From the NCBI RefSeq assembly GCF_009914755.1, contig NC_060939.1: a DNA stretch of 64,000 nucleotides; one strand, given 5' to 3'. Position numbers and translations under genes: made by a program. The notes under the pieces were generated by a model, which saw only the letters and a list, made by a program, of their open reading frames with translations, did no database searches and had not been told where the DNA came from. Shown here piece by piece: positions 31,163 to 48,390 of the stretch. This DNA comes from the human T2T-CHM13v2.0 reference genome, Homo sapiens. Positions within the stretch are counted from its first letter, which is position 1. Each line of letters opens with the position of its first letter.

Positions 31163-31624
31163 TCACAACATAATAAAAAGTTTCCGTTCACCAGAAAGAT
31201 ATGAATAATTTAAAATTTGTATGTATCAAATAAGGCAACTTCAAAATATACAAAACTAAAATCGACAGAACTTCAGGGATAGTCAAATCCACTACCATGC
31301 TGTGAGATTCTAACATACCTCTCTCAATAACTGATAAGCCCAGTAGTCTTCATCTTTGCAAAGAGCTTTAAATACAACTCTAATTTCTCTAACAGCACCT
31401 ATCATGAGACACATTGCCTATAAATATGTATTTCGGGTTGAATACTTCACACACTTCAGAAAGGACATGGCCATGGACCAGTGCTGTCTTATGTTTGTAG
31501 TCAAGCATCTCCTTGAGAATCTGAAGGATGCTATGGACCTTGTCCACAAGGAAAGGAACACAGTTCATTCTCAACAATCAGGAAAATACGGGAGGAAGGT
31601 TAAGTCACAAAATTAAGTTATACG

Positions 31625-32271
<647 letters not shown>

Positions 32272-32409
32272 TTAGGTTACAAAACAATACACAGTATCTC
32301 AATTATGTTAAAAATTGGATACACAGAACAGAAATTTAAAAAGCATGAAAACAGTTCCAAGTGGATTGTTCATCTAACGTGAAGAGTAAAACAAGGTTTC
32401 TAGACTGGA

Positions 32410-32685
32410 ACTGTTCAGCAAGATTTAATGCATATCAGATATGTAATCTAAAATTTTCTAGTAGCCATGTTAAAATAGGTGAAACTAATTTTAATAATAT
32501 GCCATTTAACTTATTATCCAAAACGTTATCATTTCAACATCGATATAAAAAAATTACTGAGATAGTTTACTTTTTTTTTTTTTTGCACTTAAGTCTTTGA
32601 AATCCAGTGTGTATTTTATAGTTCTAGCACATCTCAATTATAAGTAGCCACCTGTAGTTACTGGTACTATATTGAACACTGCAAT
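32410..32685. mobile_element. MER33/MER3-like hAT element
   Basis: AAATTTTCTAGTAGCCA...TATCATTTCAACAT...GCACATCTCAATT; related sequence in opposite orientation at about 55135-55365. Confidence 0.6.
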
Positions 32686-33012
32686 TGTAGAAAACAACAT
32701 AGGAGTTTATAACCCTGGAATAGGGGAAATTTAAACATCAAAAGGGCTACAATAAAGAAGAAGATTGATTCATTGGACTGCACCTAAATTAGGAACTTCT
32801 CTAACAAGACATCCTAAGTCAAAAGTCAAGTAAAAGTAGGAAAATATTTGCAACATACGGCTGCAGAACCCAAAAGGCCCAGATCCTGAATTAAGAAAAA
32901 GACAAGAAAGAGGATACTGAGATCATTTTCTAGATTTTGTAAATTTTCTGTAGGAAGCACATAGTACCTTTAACCCCACCCACCAAATACATTTTCCTTC
33001 TGTGCAACTTAC

Positions 33013-33091
33013 CAGTTCCACGAGACTATTATTGGTGAGAATGAGTTCTGTCAGACAGGGCAGAGCCTGATCAAGTCCCTCACCTATACGG
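33013..33091 (-). CDS. SNRPA1: U2A' exon 3 (CRIGEGLDQALPCLTELILTNNSLVEL)
   Basis: Acceptor TTTTAG|, donor CTG|GTAAGT; 79 nt. Confidence 0.96.
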
Positions 33092-34075
33092 CTAAAATAA
33101 AAATAGAGTCTTAGTAAAAGTGAAAATTAAATAAGCTAACAATTTTATCTACCTCCTTGCTCAGAGGATCACAGAGAGACACTTAGAGATCCTTCTTCCA
33201 ACACCCTGATAAAGAGGAAACAAAGCAAAAAGAACCCTTTTCTGAGGCCACAGGGTCAGCAACAGAAGTGGGATTTTAGACACTGCCTGGGGCTAATTCC
33301 ACTGTCATACCATCTAGTGGAACCTGAGAAAAGGTGCAACTCCTGGGTGGCACAAACTACTTAACTCACTTCATGATTTTTTGTGCAGGCAGCACAGAAA
33401 TACAAATAATTCTGGATTCCCAGCTCAGGTACAAGACACAACAACTATACTATAGGGGAATGGTTAACCTATGAGAAATATTTCTATCTGAAGGAAATCC
33501 CACTCACCACCCAGTACCTTTAAAGACATTATCTATACACCAAGTGCTTTTTTTCCAATAAAGTTTACACAGAGCTGATGAAGGCAGGGTCAAAAAAGAT
33601 CTCAATTTCAATAAGTAACAGTCTAGAAATTAGTTGCAGTTAAAAAAAAAAAAAAGCAGAGACGCTCAGTCAAAAGTATAATTGTTACCTTTATATATCC
33701 TTTTACTATGACCCCTTTGATAATTGTTTTAGAAGCCAAAATGTATACAAAGCAACATGTTTTTATTTAGAAACTTAACCATGAAAATAAAAATACATGA
33801 TTTCTGAACAGATACAAGTAAGACTAGACTAATGCCAGGTTAATCTCTGGATCTCTATAGGAAAAGTGAAGTTCATTTCTCATTTTAAGAAAAAACATGT
33901 ATTGAATGTGGCTTCCATTATGGAAAAACTATTTTTTCAAAATATAAATAAAAAAGAAAAAGAAAAAGAAAAAGAAACATGTAGGTTTAACCAGTAGCAC
34001 GTGCTACAACTTCTTCAGGAAACACTGCAACATTTACTCTAGGGGAAAAAATTACTTTCCCCTACAGACACGTAC

Positions 34076-34223
34076 CATATTCTGTTGTTGTTCACTAACA
34101 ATGTTTTCAGTCTTCTCAACAAAGGAAAACCATCCAGTTTCCTGATCTCATTGTCAGAAAAATCAATAGCATCAAACTGGTCTAACGTAGCACCTAGATT
34201 TTCAATGACGGGAATTTTATACC
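34076..34223 (-). CDS. SNRPA1: U2A' exon 2, leucine-rich repeats (GYKIPVIENLGATLDQFDAIDFSDNEIRKLDGFPLLRRLKTLLVNNNRI)
   Basis: Acceptor TTTATAG|, donor TG|GTACGT; 148 nt. Confidence 0.96.
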
Positions 34224-35001
34224 CTATAAAATGGAGGAAAAAAACACAAGAGGTATTAATATAACTAAACAGTTGCCCCTTAAAGCATTAGCTGTATTTC
34301 ATAGTATCTGACTCCAGGCTTTGATTTATTCAGGAAGTATTACCTAGCACCTATGTCGGGTCACGCATGACTTGCCGCTGTTTAAGATACTAGAGAGAAA
34401 ACGCTGAACGAGTCTCAAGTCCCCAGTGCCATGAAGCTTAGAATCTGATGACAACAAGGACAAGGACAATAACAATGGCTGATATAGGCAGCTAACATTT
34501 ATAAGAACATTTACAAGGTGCCTCACACTGTCCTAAGTCGTTTGGGCTAGTTAAGCGGAATCGGCACAACAGGAGTTTACACTTGGAGCTGCTTAGTCTC
34601 AGTGCCCAAACGGCGTTCAAACATTGTGGACGACAGTTCTCCACTCTTGCATCTCCACAGGCCAGATTCTTAGAACCCATCAGAACAGCCTCAACATATC
34701 ACGACAGTTCTCCCTCCCCTCCCCCAGCTCCAATTCAGAATTGAAGATCAATGGTTTAAATACAGTAATAAATCTGTGAACACTCAAATGTTAATTTGTC
34801 TAATTTGGGCATAATTATTGTGTTAGGCACTATAAGAAAAGAAATATTCCGAAGAAGCAAGGTCTACTAAAAAAAGAACTTACCCAAAGTTAAAGGACAC
34901 AATTCAGAGCTGTACTACACGTACTGCATCAAAATACGTATTCTCAACACTGCACATGCTCCATAAAGAGAAATGGCAGAGATCATCAAAAGTGGTGAGT
35001 T

Positions 35002-35305
35002 GGGCCGGGCGCAGTGGCTCAAGCCTGTAATCCCAGCACTTCGGGAGACCAAGGCGGGCGGATCACCTGAGGTCGGGAGTTCGAGACCAGCCTGACCAAC
35101 ATGGAGAAACCATGTCTTTACTAAAAATACAAAAAATTAGCCGGGCGTGGTGGCGCATGCCTGTATTCCCAGCTACTCGGGAGGCTTGAGACACAGGAAT
35201 CACCTGAACCGGGGAGGCGGCGGTTGCAGTGAGCCGAGATCACGCCACTGCGCTCCAGCTGGGGCGGAAAGAGCGAGACTCCATCTCAACACAACACAAC
35301 ACAAA
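35002..35305 (+). mobile_element. Alu (S-type)
   Basis: Sense dimer. Confidence 0.92.
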
Positions 35306-35879
35306 ACAGTGGGATTTCCCAAAGGTCGGCAAGAAATCTAAGCAGATCCCGCAGCGATGCTGCTCCGAGGCCATAGGTCCCCATGGGAACAAATCTCAGG
35401 CTACGACAGCATGGTCTTATCCTCAGAGAAGTTGCTCTATCACGTCCCTTTTAAAGCCGTCTCCTGAAATGCCAACTAGCTAGCTGCCCTCCCAGTATCT
35501 TACCAAGTCTTGCTAAGGTTGAAATAGTACAGGAATCTGAATAATTGCGAGCGCTTCCACAACTTACACACAGCACCCGGCGGTGCAAGCCTGGGTGACA
35601 CAGTTCAATTTTTAAAACGTCTTCATATAGGGGAAACGCCAGACAATTAAAGCTACTAAGTAGAAAATACTGGAGGAAACAATCGCGGTTGTTCGGGGAC
35701 TTAGTTTCCTCCCTCACATTAGGAATAATGAACACATATCCTATCTACGCTCAAAATATCATCTGGCGGCAAGTATTAAGAACCAATCCCGCGCCCTGCA
35801 CTTGCGTTACAACCATTAATGAGCCGCTCTTCCGGGCCCTCAAACAGCCAGCGGCGAAACAGCCAAGCAAGGCCTAACA

Positions 35880-36799
35880 GGGCCCCACGAGGACGCACCA
35901 GGAAGTAATGAAGTCACCCGTGCCTGTCAAGAGGCACGGCGCTAACAGAAGGCTCCCAGGAGCTTAACCGGATGCTCATCTGGCAACAACGGCAAGAATC
36001 AGGCCCGGCGTTCCCTGCGCAGCCCGGTCGGAGCCCAGACAACCGGCCCGCGGGCCAAGCTCCGGCCTTCGGTGCACGCGGCAAAGCGCGGAAAATAAGG
36101 CGGCTCGGTGCCGCCTGGGGACTGGCCGCCCACGCCCCCGGACTCACCCCGGAGGTCCAGCTCCCGGTCGCGCACCGCGTTGGTGTACTGCGCCGCCTGC
36201 TCGATCAGCTCCGCCGTCAGCTTGACCATCCTGCAGCCTCCCGTTCCCCCGCGCTGTGGAAAGCCCGTGGCCTCCCGCCAGCGAGACGTCCCAGCGTGCC
36301 CCGCGCCCCGCCGCCAGGCAGCACCAATCGCAGCCGCCGAGTGCGCGCGCAGCTCGACCGCCAGGCCGAAGCAATCGAAGAGCCACGCCTCCGGGGGCGT
36401 TCTTGCCGGAAGTCGTGGCGCGCGCACAGGGGATGTGTCTCGTTCTGGGTTGTTTCCTAGGGTGTGTTTCGGAGTCTGGAGGACCCCTGATTCCAGACGT
36501 TGGTGTTTAAAAGTTAAGGCGAATGTGGAAACACCCGAGGGGAACTTTCTCATGCATTAGCGCACCTCGAGGTGGGAGGGGAAGCGGTGACTGTCCTCCC
36601 TCCACCAGCCGTCGCGGGAACCCGTGGGGTTCAGTGAAGGGTCCAGCAGTTCAGGTGCCCGCCCCGGGCCTGGGCCTTGGCTCCGGGCTACAGTGTGAGA
36701 TCCCGGGCTAGGTGGCCCGCCTGGGGCAGGTCGCCGGGACAACCCCACCGCCCCGCAAGTCCAGCCCGGCCTCGGGCACGGTAGGGTTTGCGGTTAAGC

Positions 36800-36800
<1 letters not shown>
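35880..36800 (-). promoter_or_regulatory. SNRPA1: SNRPA1 CpG-island promoter (CCAAT at 36324-36328, ETS/GABP motif CCGGAAGT at 36406-36413)
   Basis: High CpG density around exon 1; housekeeping-type motifs. Confidence 0.85.
36148..36229 (-). CDS. SNRPA1: U2 snRNP A' exon 1 (MVKLTAELIEQAAQYTNAVRDRELDLR)
   Basis: ATG at 36229 in a CpG island; donor G|GTGAGT; 82 nt. Confidence 0.97.
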
Positions 36801-40426
<3,626 letters not shown>

Positions 40427-40949
40427 CTAACCAATGATCGTTAACATCACCAATAATGGAACAGATCGTGTACTCCCTGCTAGAATGCAGACAGAACACA
40501 GAATCAGCCTGTGAGATTCGTGTCAAAGATGCATGACTTGACTCAAAACGTGAGGAACCCTCAGACAAGTGCACAGCGAAGGGCAGCCTACAAATAACTG
40601 GCCTATAGTCTTTAAAAGCTTCCACATCATGAGGCAAGGAGACTGAGGAACTGTTCCAGATGGAAGAACATTAAAGAGACATGATGACTAAGTGAAAAGT
40701 GTGTTTCTAAACCAGACCATTTTGCTAAGAACTTTATTGGGACAACTGGCAGAACTAGAATTCAGTCAGAGGGTTGATGGTAATAACATACCGATGTTAA
40801 TTTCCTGAGTCTGATGGCTGTGCCGGAGAATGTCGTTGTTCATAGGAAATACCCACTGAAGTATTGGCGGGGGGGGGGGGGTCATAGGGTATATCGGCAA
40901 CTTACTCTCAAATTGGGAGGGAATTTCTTTGTATTGTACTTGGAACTTC

Positions 40950-41272
40950 TTTGTTTTCTGAGATGGAGTCTCGCTCTGTTGCCCAGGCTGGAGTACAGTG
41001 GCGGAATCTCGGCTCACTGCAACCTCCGCCTCATGAGGAATAACATGAGGTTCAAGTGATTCTCGTGCCTCAGCCTCTCAAGTAGCTGGGATTACAGGCG
41101 CTCGCCACCATGCCTGGCTGATTTTTATATTTTTAGTAGAGACGGGGTTTTGTCATGTTTGCCAGGCTGGTCTTGAGCTCCTGACCTAAGAAGTGATTTC
41201 CCCTGCCCCCTGTCCCTGCCTCGGCCTCTCAAAGTGCTGGGATTACAGGCCTGAGCCATCACACCTGCCCCG
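40950..41272 (-). mobile_element. Alu with small internal insertions
   Basis: Antisense dimer. Confidence 0.88.
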
Positions 41273-41284
41273 GTCACTGCAACT

Positions 41285-41500
41285 TTTGTTTAACTAAAAA
41301 AACTAAAAAAGTTAAACAAAATAACTAAAGAATTAAAATAACTTTAAAAAGTTAAAATAACTAAAAAAATTAAAATAACAAGTTAAAATAACTAAGAAAT
41401 AAAATAACTTAAAAGTTAAAATAACTAAAAATTTAAACAAAATAACTAAAAATGTTAAACAAAATAACTAAATAATGAAAAAATTAAACAAAATAAAACC
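41285..41500. repeat. AT-rich degenerate tandem repeat (AAAATAACT(A)n / GTTAAA units)
   Basis: About 10 recurrences of AAAATAAC. Confidence 0.85.
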
Positions 41501-41765
41501 TCAACTTCATTTAATTCCAGAGAGGACCACCAGGTGGAGTCCTTAGGCTGGAGAGCTGGTTTTAACTTGGGGCCCTTCTGTTGCTGTGTTTAAAAAAAAA
41601 AAAGAGTGAGGTGGTATCTCTTTACTTTAAAAAGGGAAAGTTGTACAAGTTTCCCTTCAGCATAGGAACAGGGACAGAAGTCAAACCATATGTGGTTTTA
41701 TTCATTGAGGGTATCTCTATGAAGTTGCAAACAATTTTCTTTTTTGATTCCATTTCTTTTGGCCG

Positions 41766-41974
41766 GAATTTCTCAACCTCGGCACTATTGACATTTTGGT
41801 CTGGACAGTTCTTTGTCATGGGGGCTGCTGTGCATTGCAGGGTGCTTAGCAGCATTCCTGGCCTCCACCCACTGGATGTGAGTACATCCTTCCAGTTGTG
41901 ACAACCCAAAATGTCTCCAGACGTTGCCAAATGTCCCCTGGAAGACAAAAGTCATCCCTGGTTGAGAACCACTA
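41766..41974 (-). mobile_element. MER20 (hAT-Charlie non-autonomous DNA transposon)
   Basis: AGTGGTTCTCAACC...GGGGACATTTGGCAACGTCTGGAGACATTTT...GTCAATAGTGCCGAGGTTGAGAAA; TTCTCAACC terminal inverted repeat at both ends. Confidence 0.85.
41846..41937 (-). CDS. PCSK6: Alternative terminal coding exon inside MER20 (GDIWQRLETFWVVTTGRMYSHPVGGGQECC-stop); probable PACE4-altCT exon
   Basis: Acceptor TTTTGTCTTCCAG|; phase-1 join to the exon ending at 48278 gives 30 aa then TAA; AATAAA at 41697-41702 gives a ~165-nt 3'UTR. Confidence 0.7.
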
Positions 41975-42605
41975 TTTTGGCAACAGGATGTTCTCTGCCC
42001 TGGGCACTTTGGTTCCTGTTGTTTCAAAAGGGAGTCTAAGATATCTGGTCACCCTTAGTGTGGCTGGTCTGTAGTGGTGAGGGGCTTTGGATGGTGGGAC
42101 TGAATCCTAGGATCTAAGGTGGGTGCTCAGTGCTGTACCATCTAAGGATGCTGTTCTGTGCTCAGATAAGCCACAAAGCCTGGGGTGTCAGGAAAGGACT
42201 TAAACAGCCAACCAGGAAGGATAGAGTCTGGGGTTCGTGCGAGGAAAGCAACAGTGAAGGCTGGGGTAGGGGAGCAGATTCTTCCTTTCCCCCCAGCAGC
42301 CAGTGCCCAGTGGCCTCCCAGCTGGCTGGGCAGAACCTTAAGATGCTAGAGAATGGCCTTGGTGTATACTTTCCATCACCCCTGCTTGTTCTTATTAAAA
42401 TGTTTTTCTTTCCTGTTCTCCACCTCCTTTTTCCATCCTCTGATCTGAACCTCTGGCCCTCACCTGCTCTCGGGGGCCCCAACATACTCCAAGCTTTTAG
42501 GCAAAAGGCCCTCTCCAGCCATAGTATCAATAATGCAAATGCAGTGGAGGGTGGTCTCCCCAAGTTCAAGGACACTCCACTCCTAGACTCATTTAGACCA
42601 TGTTG

Positions 42606-42646
<41 letters not shown>

Positions 42647-42677
42647 ATCTATCAATCTATCATCTATCTATCTATCT
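42606..42677. repeat. (TATC)n tetranucleotide microsatellite, interrupted
   Basis: CTATCTATCTATC run with TCA/TCAA interruptions. Confidence 0.95.
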
Positions 42678-43455
42678 CTGTCGTTTTTGATTGACTGATT
42701 GAGACAGGGTCTCGCTATATTTCTCAGGCTGGCTGCAAATGCCTGGGCTCAAGCCATCCTCTTGCTTCTAACCTCTCAGAATGTTAGGATTACAGGTGTG
42801 AGCCACTGTGGCTGGCCCTTTTATTTTTTTAAGTTCCGTCCACCCCCCCTCCCATTTCAGGTGTGTCTTCTGTACAAAGTGCCATTCTCACCAGTCCTTT
42901 GAAGAGTCACAAGATACAAAGTCAGTAGTGGCCTGGGAGGGATGGGGATGTACACATGGGGTCCACTGTGAGGTGCCAAAGAATTTGGGGATAAGGTCAG
43001 GTAAACATCACCCCCTGAAAATAAAGCTAGTTTAAAACAAATGCATCATGGCTGCATTTGGGCAGCTGCAGAACGACGCCCCTCCTGCAGCCAGCCAGCT
43101 TCCTTCCCTGGGCCCGGTGGGGAGCAACTTTGCCAATGTGCAGCCCCAGGCAAGGCATTCACTTCTGTGGGTCTCAGTGTCCTTGTCTGGGAAATGACAG
43201 GTTTAGAGGAGGTGATCCATGATCCTGTCACTTAAAATCCATACACATATCCTGCCAGAGTCCAGACAATTTTAACCTCAAGGTCGGACCACTTGTGAGC
43301 AGACATTATATGTAGTTGGTCTCTTTCAACAAGGTGGAGTTTAGTCATTAGGACTTTGTGAACAACTTCTCAACTCCCCACCCGACTTGTCAGCCCCAAG
43401 CTGGGCTTGCCTGGCTTAGCCACTCGACGAGGCTGCCTGGTTGGCTTTCCTGTAG

Positions 43456-43806
<351 letters not shown>

Positions 43807-44989
43807 TGATTCAGCTGCAAACATGGTAGACTGTAAGCTCTCAGTGGGCAGCTCGGATTTGCTGGTATCTGGGCTCTAGGGTCTAAAAGGCTGCCTGGCA
43901 CCAGCAGCACTTAACAAGTTACTTTTAATTCAAGGTCGGTCTCATGGGCGGGGCAAGGGGTTGAATGTTCATCCCAAACACACTTATTCCTTCACTGCCT
44001 CACACGCACAACTCTGGTCAATTGGTGCTTGTGGTGGCCAGCTGTTGGGTTGTGTGACTTGCCCTGCCTTCTGAGAGCTGCACACTGCTCCCCTCCTCTG
44101 CTGCAGAGCTCCCTGCAGCCATATTCTGCTGCACAAGCCTGTCCTTGTAGCCACAGCTGATGACACAGGGAGAGTACCCATGTAAGGCAGGCTGACCAAG
44201 TCCTGTCCCTGGGAAAAGAAGAGCCAAGAAACAGACCCAGAAAGTTGGCCTGAGGGGTTGGATTTGTACCAGTTTTACCTGGAAGATGCTGGAGGTCTTG
44301 TCATTTGTCCCATCAACTGGAGAAGGCGGCCATGGAGAGAAGGGCAGTGCTGCCGTACAGAGAGGGTCCAGGTGACATTTAATGCCGGCTCCAGCTTTCC
44401 CAAGGCTCTGCTGCACCCTTCCCTGAAATTCTGAATCCACTCTGGATTCTCAAAACAACGCCCCTCACCCACTCATGTTTTCACCTAAGTCATTTCTAGT
44501 TGGTGCGTTTCCTTTACTTGCAGCCAAAGGATTCCTAGCAAGTACAAGCTTCTGACTTCACAGAGAGGCCATGGTAAACATCCCAAGGAGTGCATCAGCC
44601 ATGGGTTCAGGGATTTCAGCCACTGCATAGAAGACAAGCTGTAACCTAATTCAATCACACTTGGCAGCAACCGGTGAAGAGGCAGTCTGGGCTCTGGGGA
44701 GCTCCCCCGTGACAGATGGAAGGGGCCCCTACATCTGGAGAGGCTCTAGAACCTCCTCCCAGTGAGGCTAACGTGGTCTGAAGGGGTCTCTTTGCCCAGT
44801 GACATTCTGGGGTTGGGATCTGGGATTTCCTCCATTGCTTCCTTACATCAACATTTGCTAAAGCTCAAAAGAAGACCTTCCACGTAATGACATCAAACAG
44901 ATCTGAAACCACAGTTAAAGTAACGTCCACTTAACACTTGGTCAGCACTCATGTTTCATTTTGTGTGCCGTGGAAAGAAATACAGGCTC

Positions 44990-46322
44990 CTGTGCCATGG
45001 GATGTTAACTCTTTTATTAATTTAGGGTTAACATTGTACTTGCTTCATTGATTTCTCTTTCAGAGTTGTAGATTCAATAAACAACATCTGGGTTCTCTCC
45101 AGCTCACAGGTGACAAGGCAAATGCACTGTCGTCAAACAGGGGAGCAGGACAATATGGAGAAAGACGAGGTCGAAAAAATTTAAGGCAAATGTTACTTCC
45201 CTATTCAAGGGAATTGATCAAGCAGATCTGTGCATTTCAATGAAAATATATGAAATATTTGTCAAAATAATTAACATCGGTAAAAATTAGAACATGTAGC
45301 TTATAAAATGCCTACACAGGTTTGGCAGAATAAATCCAACTGTGTCATGTAGGCTTGTAATATACACAGACACAGGAGTTTCCACCTTAAAAACGAGTCT
45401 TCTGAAGGGCAGAGGCCAAATGTATTTTAAAAGCAATTCCATAAAATGGGAAGTGATGGATGATTAACAATGCATGGCTGGCTTTACATTTTGTTCAGAG
45501 GAATTGCTTGGCCATCGGGGTACCTTTTGGCTGGCCACAGAATGCCTCCTGTTGCCTCTCCTCAGAAGGCTCTGCATCAGGTCGAGGTGGTCGTTCAGGC
45601 CATGAGACTCCTGAAGACACAGACAGAACACGGTAACAAGGAGAGCTCGGCTTGCTCAAAGGAGAGCGCTGCGGGGGATAGAATCTTCTGGTCTGGCTTT
45701 GGAATTGGACTTTCTAAGCCACTGCTGCAGTTTCAGAAGTAGCTGACTATGTAGAAATAGATACTCCGGCCCCAGTGGTCATATATTTTATGCCCTCAAA
45801 CCTATCTTATTTATAGTCTGACCAAACCGTCCCCAGACTGCTCAGTGGCAGGCAACGAGCAGGTAGACTGCTGGCCCTTTGTCACATGTGAGGATGGCCC
45901 AGGGTTCGCCAGCTGGGCCGGGGAGATTTACTACACAGCCGCAGAAAAGCACGGGGAGAAGAGTGATGTGTGATGCCAAGCGCCTTTCTTTTCTGCTTTG
46001 GTCTTGAAGATTCAGTAAACTTATGGTCCCAGAAGCTGCTCCAAAGCCAGAGCTGTGGATTCCCAGAATTCATTTTGTTCCTGTTAGTTTGTCGGAAGAC
46101 TGGAGCCAACAAGCAGCATTTGAGAGGATATCACCATTTTAGGAACACCTCCTTAAGAGCCACCACCCACCTGGCTTGGGTGCTCAGAGATGCTGCTCCT
46201 GGGGAGATAAAGCTGTCAGGTGCAGGGCGCCGCTCCTGAAACAGACTCTGGCCGACAGTCTGGAGGAAGGTGGACGGATGGATGGATGGGAGTGCCTGCC
46301 CTCTGTGGGCAGCTAGGCACCC
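44990..46322 (-). other. PCSK6: PCSK6 canonical 3'UTR (about 1.33 kb) with AATAAA at 45013-45018 and miRNA seed matches
   Basis: miR-21 8mer ATAAGCTA (45297-45304), miR-9 7mer ACCAAAG (45996-46002), miR-124 7mer TGCCTTA (45182-45188). Confidence 0.8.
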
Positions 46323-46420
46323 TTACCCGGCCAGGAGGCACGTGCGGCAGCAGAACTGAATGAAGAGCTTCCGTTCGCACAGCCGGTTGGACTTCACCAT
46401 CTCGCAGAATGTCTCGTCAG
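46323..46420 (-). CDS. PCSK6: PACE4A terminal coding exon, PLAC domain (ADETFCEMVKSNRLCERKLFIQFCCRTCLLAG-stop)
   Basis: Acceptor GCCCCAG|; TAA at 46323-46325; matches the known PACE4A C-terminus. Confidence 0.95.
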
Positions 46421-46490
46421 CTGGGGCCCCGCATCAGGAAAGGCAAAAGAGGGAAAGGTCAGTCTTCGGTGCCTGTGAAGATTGTTTCAA

Positions 46491-46976
<486 letters not shown>

Positions 46977-48277
46977 TCAGTGACAAGGGGATTCATGAGC
47001 AGGATGTGGGGGTGGTGTGGGAGGGATCTCAGGAGAACACCCAGCCTGGGCCTGTGGGGCACATGTGCACCTGTCTTTCTGGACAACTGCTGGCAGTGGA
47101 GCTTAGGAGGAAGACTGTAGGGGAGGCCGGAGGACGGGCCTGGAGGCAGGAGGGAATGGAAGCTGCTTCCAGGGTGGAGGGGGCGGACAGGGAGGAGTGG
47201 GGATGGGGGGAAGGGAGCCGCCGTGGACAGGACTTGCTGAGGACACCGCTGCAGCAAGGGGAAGAGGCCTTTGAGGATGCATCATCCGTGGACCTGGGAG
47301 GCCCTCCAGTGGCAACCACACTTTTTTGGGCTAGATACATAACCTGGGCAGGTGACTTCCCAAAGAAGTAGTTTCTGGGCCTTTGAAGGGACATAATTAG
47401 ACAACCCTCCCGCCACCCCCCAAAAATAATAACCAGTAACAAGGCAAGGAGGCATCCCAGGGCCCTCCACAAGCTCCATGCTCTGCCTGGACAGGGCCAG
47501 TGCCAGCTTCATACCCAAGGACCACCTGCCCTGACCCTGGACACTGGAGCAGAGAGCCTTCCTCTCCTGGCTGTCAGAATGTGGCTCCACCCTGCTGCTT
47601 GCTGGGCCAGAGCCCCCTTCCCTGCCCGTGTGTCTACAATGACTCCTGCACTGCACCTCCAGGCCCGAGTCCTGCCAACCCTCCTTGGTGCCTGGAATTC
47701 CCAAACTGGGCACTTAGCTTTGGTGCCCTTTTAAGTTTCTGTTTTTACAACTTGTCCTTGTCCCCCATCCTATGGCAGAGCCAGGGCTCTCCTGCAGCAC
47801 AGATGCAGGTCCATGCTGGATCCCTGCAGAGCTGGGATTGCTGCTGCTGAGCGTGTGCTCTACTCTGGGCTCTGTCCCCCTCGTCCTGAGCAGAGACCCT
47901 CCAGGCTTCCTGGCTTTGACCCCCCAGGTCAGGCTTCTTTTATGGTATGTCGTCACATCCGGGCCACCGGCGGCCTATGGCATGGCAGTGGGACCAGTAC
48001 AAGGACAAAATCATTTTTAGGAGTCACTCAATAAACAGATCAGCAGTGGCTGGGATGCCTCTCTGATCGATGTGAGAGGCCTAGAGGGAAGCTGGGAGAC
48101 AGGGCAGCTGTCTTCCATATCAGCTAGAGGAATCCCAGACAGTCAATCGGATCAGGGGCACGAACGCCTGTCTGTGGAGCCGCCATGCCTATGTGGCTTT
48201 GCTTTTCTCTTTGGAGCACGAGCTGGCCAGCTGAGCTCCTCCACAGGCAGCCCCAGGGTAACCCAGCTGCTGCTCAC

Positions 48278-48390
48278 CGTTGCTGCACGTGTGGTTGGTG
48301 ATGCAGGAGGTCCCCAGCTGTGTGAAGCCCGTCTTACACCTGCTACAGTTCCTGCTGGAGCCTGCACAGCTCAAGCAGTTCTCGTCACAC
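48278..48390 (-). CDS. PCSK6: PACE4 penultimate exon (RCDENCLSCAGSSRNCSRCKTGFTQLGTSCITNHTCSN)
   Basis: Acceptor CCCACAG|, donor ACG|GTGAGC; 113 nt; ends in phase 1. Confidence 0.94.
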
